From Octopus vulgaris (taxonomy: Eukaryota): a DNA stretch of 64,000 nt. The translations under genes were made by a program, and so were the position numbers. The notes under the pieces were generated by a model that saw only the letters and a list, made by a program, of their open reading frames with translations, made no database searches and was not told where the DNA came from. The stretch is from assembly GCA_951406725.2 (NCBI GenBank), contig OX597815.1:806001-870000 (forward strand), given 5' to 3'. Shown here piece by piece: positions 58,408 through 64,000 of this stretch; position 1 is the first letter of the stretch, and each line of letters starts with the position of its first letter.

Positions 58408-61049
58408 GCTCGGGGGTTAGAGCATCAGGCCCACAATCGTGGAACTTCAGAGATACCATCAAGGCAACCCAATGCAACAAGGGCAATCTCAGAATTATAA
58501 ACAAATTGAAACCAGCTGTTAAGAGCAGGAAAGAACTACATGAAGCAGACTAGGGGCTATAGCAACAGCAGTCCTCCGCACATATCACCTTCCTCCCCGC
58601 TTCTGTACAACAAACTTTTTCCAACCACAGCTTTTCGAAATGTCCTGAAGAAGGGGTCTCTTCACCTCAAAATAGAGAAACACAAAGTAAAAAGCACCAT
58701 CCGAAGGTGGTCGATGCTAGTGTCACATGACTGGGACCCATGCTGGTGGCACATAAAAAGCACCCACTACACTCTCAGAGTGGTTGGCGTTAGGAAGGGC
58801 ATCCAGCTGTAGAAACTCTGCCAAATCAGACTGGAGCTTGTTGCAGCCTTCTGGCTTGCCAGTCCTCAGTCACACCCTCCAACCCATGCCAGCATGGAAA
58901 GTGGACGTTAAATGATGATGATGATGATGATATATAAATATGTATGTATTTGGCCGGGTTGGTTGCAGTTCTATTTTCTGAGTACTTAAAGAATTTCTCT
59001 AGATATAGTCTCATTTTGAAAGACTTTCTTCTGGAGCCTGTACAAGTCTTGTACTCATCTGTGTTGGTCATCTGGACTCTGGCTCTGAAGACTATGCCTT
59101 TGGTTAGACACTAACTTCTTAAAGGACAGCAACTTTGATCTTTGAAATTGCATTTTGGGTTATCTCTTTCTGCGGTACCGTCACTTTTGTTTAGAATCTT
59201 TGTTTTAAGCTGGTTTATTAGAGAGGTGAAGAGTTTTTTACAGCAAGAATAGCTAACCTTAAGCAGTCTTGTATTGAAGATTCTATGCCATTTGTGGTTG
59301 GCTGGAAAATGCCTAGAAACTAAATTTTAAAATTCTTTACCTACATTAGTTCCAACAGTAGCGCTGAAGGATGGATTGAACCACAGAACCTTTATACACA
59401 CACACAGTGATTAAAACATTAATCATCAATCTTTGGGAGTAAAGAATGAATGAAATCTCAACATTCATTATTCACAATAACGTGATTAATTAAAAAAAAA
59501 ACAGTCAAAGTTGGAAATCTTTACCAAAGTGACTCCATTTGACAGAGGAACTTTCTGTGACTGTTCAGTTGGAAGATCTTGTTTGTTAACGGTGAATTCT
59601 CTCTCGAATATTTCTTCGGTGCCGTTGAGTGACACAACATCTGGAAGAAGTTCTTTTACTGAATCGTTTTCTTTTTGTGCAACAATCTTAAGAGAATCAG
59701 AGGTTAAAAAAGTTTGGTTTTAATTCAGTAATTAAGCAATTCTGCAGCTCATTAGCTTGTGCAATTTGTGATTAAAAACGAGCTTACTAAAACAACACAT
59801 GAGACAACTGGCATTGATCACTATGACAGCTTATTGAATTTTAATCAATAATATGGTGGTTCCACAAACCTGTTTCTCTGCAGATAATGAAATTGGGAGG
59901 GATTTGGAAAGAATTTCATTGGATATACTCGTTGATGGAGGACTGAACAACACACACACACACACACACACACACATGCACTGCTCCACCTGGGTCCTTG
60001 GATTGTCATCTGCATTCACAACACTTCATCAACCAAAAGGCAGGGAAAGTTTTAGTGAAGGAGTTCTTCCCTTCAAAAGAAATCAAAGCTTCAAATGGTG
60101 TGACACGATGGCGTATATAATTTGAATGCTCAGCTGCTTTCGTTGTGACAAAAAAAGCAAATAAGTTACCAAAACTTTTGACTGAACAAAATATTCTTTC
60201 TAAATATTCTTTAGTACTAGCAGTATCGCCCGGCGTTGCTCGGGTTTGTAAGGGAAATAACTATATAAGCATTTTTAGAGATGTAAAGTATAATAGCCAT
60301 CTCAAAATGGCTAACCACAAAGGGGGGGGTGTTACTGTAGCTTTTTACGTTCTGAGATTTAATAATAAATTTTTAGAGAGTTACTTCCCTTATATGTGCC
60401 AAAAATGCATTAAAAATGGGAAAAATTGATGGTAAATTTTTTTTTAAATCGTAGACGCGCGCTAATACCCAGAAGGGCTCGATATGAATCACGACTATAA
60501 GATACCCGGTTTTGGTTAAACTGCACTGCAAAATGTGGGAGTAGTTAGGAATCTAAATCGTAGGAGACAGACAGCACACAACCTCACTTTTATATATAAA
60601 GATTACGCTGTGTGGTTGAACACTTGCCTCAATTCCCTTACCTGGTCCTTTGCCGGCTTTTGCTGAGTTCAATTTCTGCAGGTAACTGGTTCCATTTCCC
60701 ACTGCACCCCACACACTGACCTCAAACTGAACATCAACTGGGGTGTGGTGGGGACAGGAGGAAGTAAGGATCAATTATGTCACCTGACTGGCAAGAGGGA
60801 CTCTTAAATGTCCAAACTCTTCTGCCCCCTGCCCAATTAAATACACACACACACACACACATATATTTCGAATCACAATGGACCCATAAAGGATGAAGGC
60901 ATATCAATGTGAAACCTGCCAATAATTGGCTGCACAGAATTATGCAGAGCAGACAGTGAAGTAATGCACTATCGAAGCCCCGTAGGGCCTCAATGAAATA
61001 CGATCCCTGTTGTTCGGTAATCTGCAACTCCAAGAGTATTCCAAAATAT
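48154..61049 (-). CDS. Unidentified multi-exon gene, Lys/Glu-rich protein (partial, about 442 aa); exons 60916-61049, 60642-60675, 59870-59942, 59525-59686, 57939-58065, 55609-55938, 53934-54167, 50289-50359, 48154-48314
   Basis: Nine GT-AG exons chain with consistent phases (2-1,1-2,2-0,0-0,0-1,1-1,1-1,1-0,0-2) and no stops: YFGILLELQITEQQGSYFIEALRGFDSALLHCLLCIILCSQLLAEIELSKSRQRTSPPST...KKEDSEDEIKE...DSVEEEEEEE...RRREEKGG. Start and terminal exons unresolved; the two 5'-most exons are less certain. Confidence 0.75.
50074..50257. repeat. Degenerate tandem repeat, about 38-bp unit, about 5 copies
   Basis: Recurring TCAACACC...CACTCACC...TGTCAYTCATAA. Confidence 0.75.
51130..53320 (+). mobile_element. 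RTE LINE, older and longer copy of the 1950-3823 family
   Basis: TWWWNNAV, GKATSPSG, QFGFVPGRSTTDAIF, YADD, zinc-finger insert relic, GSETWA; many stops and frameshifts. Confidence 0.93.
53934..54167 (-). CDS. Lys/Glu-rich exon of unidentified gene (234 bp)
   Basis: ttttag|GT...G|gtgaat; SKKGILNIFGKKKVVSDVEDESENKEGK...NPPKN. Confidence 0.82.
54531..54887 (+). mobile_element. tRNA-derived SINE of a further family
   Basis: TGGCCCAGGTTAGG A-box-like, GTTTCGATTCCC B-box-like, (AAAC)n tail, CpG-rich. Confidence 0.6.
55609..55938 (-). CDS. Lys/Glu-rich exon of unidentified gene (330 bp)
   Basis: Poly-T acceptor tttttcag|GA, donor A|gtaaaa; GKKEDSEDEIKEISCSEEELVSGEDGDERKNQKNK... Confidence 0.82.
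56000..57322. mobile_element. Two RTE 3' UTR copies in inverted orientation (56000-56365 plus; 56765-57322 minus)
   Basis: Both carry GTGCC-A(C/G)C-GGCAC modules and the TTAGGAAGGGCATCCAGC motif. Confidence 0.88.
58440..58675 (+). mobile_element. Penelope-like element 3' relic with degenerate hammerhead
   Basis: LRIINKLKPAVKSRKEL resembles the GIY-YIG C-terminus; CTGAAGA-A-GGGGT/ACCTC-AAAA at 58645-58672. Confidence 0.45.
60217..60602 (-). mobile_element. Non-autonomous Helitron, same family as 8062-8459
   Basis: Near-identical reverse complement; TC/CTAG ends in an AT site. Confidence 0.88.
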
Positions 61050-62029
61050 CTACAGAGAATGGAACCTCTGACGTGGCATAAAAGAAGAGGAAAAGACGAA
61101 TGAGTCTTCAGTGTTGCTACAAGTGTTTCGTTAGCAGATTTTAATCAGCATAAAAATAATACAATTAGATTATGCAAATTTCTTAAATATTGATATTCAT
61201 CATCATCATCGTCATTTAACGTCCATTTTCCATGCTGATATGGGTTGGACGGCTCAACTGGCGTCTGGGAGGCCAGGAGGCTGCATCAAGCTCCAGTCTG
61301 ATCTGGCAGTGTTTCTACAGCTGGATGCCCTTCCTAACGCCAACCACTCTGAGATTATAGTGGATGCTTTCTACATGCCACTGGCACAGGGGCCAGAGGA
61401 GGCTGGCATTGACCACAATCAGATGGTGCTTTTTACGTGCCACCGGTACAGGAATTACAACTACAATTTCCATTTGATTTTCATTTTGATGTTGATGTAT
61501 TTGACTCAATAGGTCTCCTCAAGCACAGCAGGTCGCCCTACAATCCAAGGTACTTTTCAATAGTCTGGGGATGGTTATGCAAAACTGGTGTAGGATACAG
61601 CCGTGAACTCACTTTATTTGCCGGGTCTTTGCAGTCACGTTCGAAGGTCGTGCTTCACAACCTCATCCCATGTCTTCCTGGATCTACCTATATGGATATA
61701 TATATATATACACACACACAATACATAATCTTGTGTTCTTTTATGTTTCAGCCCTAAGGTTGTGGCCATACTAGGGCACTGCCAGTCAGGTGTGGGGGAC
61801 TAGTCAATTACTTCAACCCCAGTGATTCACTGGTACTTACTTTATTGACCCCGAAAGGATGAAAAACAAATCCAACCTTGCTGTAATTTGAACTCAGAAC
61901 GTAGTGATGGGTGAAATACTGCTAAGCATTTTGCCCAACGTGCCAACGATTCTGCCAGCTTACATACATATAAGTGGATGTTAAAATGATGATCATGATG
62001 AATATATATTTATCTATCTATCTATCCAC

Positions 62030-62680
62030 TCAGTTGAAGTCAACTCTCAGTTACTCGTTGGATCAGTGTCCTCCAGTCAGTTCTATCCTGGACCGCTTCT
62101 TTCAGATTGGCTGTGTCCATTCCGATATCACTCTTGATGGTGTCAAGCCAGCGGGTTCTTTGTCAGCCTCTTCCTCTCTTGCCACTGACCATTCCGAGCA
62201 TGATGTCCTTCTCCAGGGATTTTCTCCGCGTAATATGACCGAAATATGCCAATCTATGCTTGGTGATCCTAGCTTCTAGCAACATTTTCAGCCTGATCTG
62301 CTTAAGAACTTCTCCATTGGTGAGCCTCGTTGTCCATGGAATCCGCAAAAGTCTTCTCCAACACCAAAGCTCGAATGCATTAATTCTCTTCTGGTCAGCT
62401 TTCTTTAGTGTCCAGGTCTCGCATCCATATGTTGCTATTGGGAAGACAATTGCATTCACCAATCTGCATTTGGTAGTGAGTCTGATGTCTCTACTCTTCC
62501 AGACCCTGCTCATGCTGACCATTGCCTCTCTGCCTAGTACTATCCGCCATCTTATTTCTGGAGTGCAGTCACCATCTTGATTTATTTTGGCGCCAAGGAA
62601 GATGAAATCATCAACCACTTCGACCTCTTCATTATCGATCTTGATGCTGATGTTTGTTGTGGCTGCTGTTTATCTAGCAT
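62030..62680 (-). mobile_element. RTE-BovB-like LINE 3' fragment (no zinc-finger insert visible)
   Basis: VDDFIFLGAKI, YGCETWTLKKAD...INAFELWCWRRLLRIPWT, GKRGRG. Confidence 0.92.
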
Positions 62681-64000
62681 CACCTAAAAAGCGCCCATGC
62701 TGGTGCCACATAAAAGGCACCCAGTGCACTCTGTGGAGTGGTTGGCATTAGGAAGGGCACCCAGCTGTAGAAACCAAGCCAGAACAAACAGTGGAACCGG
62801 ATATAGCTCCCACCTTTGCCAGCGCCTGTCAAACTCTCCAACCCATGCCAGCATGAAAAATGGACATTAAATGGTGTGTGCATGTATTTGTAAAATTTCA
62901 AGTGAAGTTTACTGAGTTAGGGTTAGTAGACATTTTCAAAATGGCAATAATTTTTGGAAAGAATCAAAGACTCTTACATGCACAGAGTCAATATATTCTC
63001 AGCATTCATCGATATTAAGCAGGAGCAGTTAGTAACCAATAGCAACGACAGTTAGCTTTATGTTAATGGCTGTAAAGTACTGCTAATATTACTGGTACTA
63101 TGGAGTAATAAATTCTATTTACAATATTAGTAACCATAGTGGTGGCCTGTGACTGCAGAGATGTTTTGATGAGTTGGATGTTGTAATAAAAAAAAGGGTT
63201 TTATATTAAATACTGTAGCTTCGTTTCGGGATAGAGACCCATCCAGCCATCATCAATTCTTCATCCTGATTTTCTACTTCCCTTCAACCTTGATGTCCTG
63301 CAACTTAATCTCCACCATCTTTTCTCCCTTTCCCCGCTGGGGTAACCAATTATCCCCTCTACAACAAGACACTTGTTCTTGTCCCCCTATCATCGTCTGG
63401 CATAAAACTAACCCTGCCTCAATGTCATCCACCCTCTCGGTAGAGGGATCTCACCTCACAAGTCACTGGTACTGGGGCCACATAAAAAGCACCCAGTCCA
63501 CTTTATGAAATGGTTGGCATTAGGAAGGATTTTCACCTGTAGAAACCATGCTAGAACAAACAGTGGCGCTTGATAGAGTCGTCTGTCTTGTAAGGTCTTG
63601 TTGAAGCATCCAACCAATGCTTGTCTGGAAGCTGGAAGTCTAATTAGGATGACACAATACCCCTGTGTGTAATAAAGGGTGGTTAAATGGTTTGAACATC
63701 CACCCCTAAACCACTGCCTCAGAAACCCAAACATGGCCAATGATGGAAGAATGGACATACACTGATGAAGACAAAGAAATGTCATCTGCTTAAATTACAG
63801 CAGGTTTTTAATTAGGTCAGATGTGTGGAACAGGATTAATTAAACAACAACTGCAAATTAACACTCTTTACATTGGTTCGTTAACGCTGTGATATAGCAA
63901 TGCCTTTTCTACATAAAGATATATTAATCCCCACTTAAAAGTGGATGTTGCATTTACAACACAAAGTACTGCATTATTTACAAGAGAACCTCTCACATGC

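Noticed and set aside
63456-63785. Upstream exon of the unidentified gene
   Set aside because: No phase-compatible donor/acceptor pair found, and the ORF runs into an RTE tail.
63755-63790. CTGATGA...GAAA motif
   Set aside because: No stem II or stem I complementarity.

Overview
Eukaryotic, AT-rich, repeat-dense genomic DNA; the repeat families suggest a cephalopod, probably Octopus (inference). Three spliced genes were reconstructed by hand from GT-AG, phase-consistent exons. (1) RSPH3 (minus strand, 4 coding exons 10052-1050, 3' end outside the window). (2) Complete TMEM242 (plus strand, 4 exons 17702-31991, 187 aa), head-to-head with RSPH3 across a candidate bidirectional promoter carrying an RFX X-box. 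(3) An unidentified minus-strand gene (at least 9 exons, 61049-48154) with a long Lys/Glu-rich disordered region. Introns are filled with RTE, CR1, R4/Dong-like and L1/Tx1-like LINEs, tRNA-derived SINEs, Helitrons, Tc1/mariner elements, a Gypsy relic, MITE-like foldbacks and mini/microsatellites. The most notable observations are: a 336-bp TSD-flanked palindromic element carrying two back-to-back minimal hammerhead ribozymes with a G3:C8 core swap (5384-5719); a second inverted-repeat element with a near-canonical hammerhead (43151-43590); and a C4HC3 PHD-type finger inserted inside the reverse transcriptase of the dominant RTE LINE. All calls are by eye; no searches were run.
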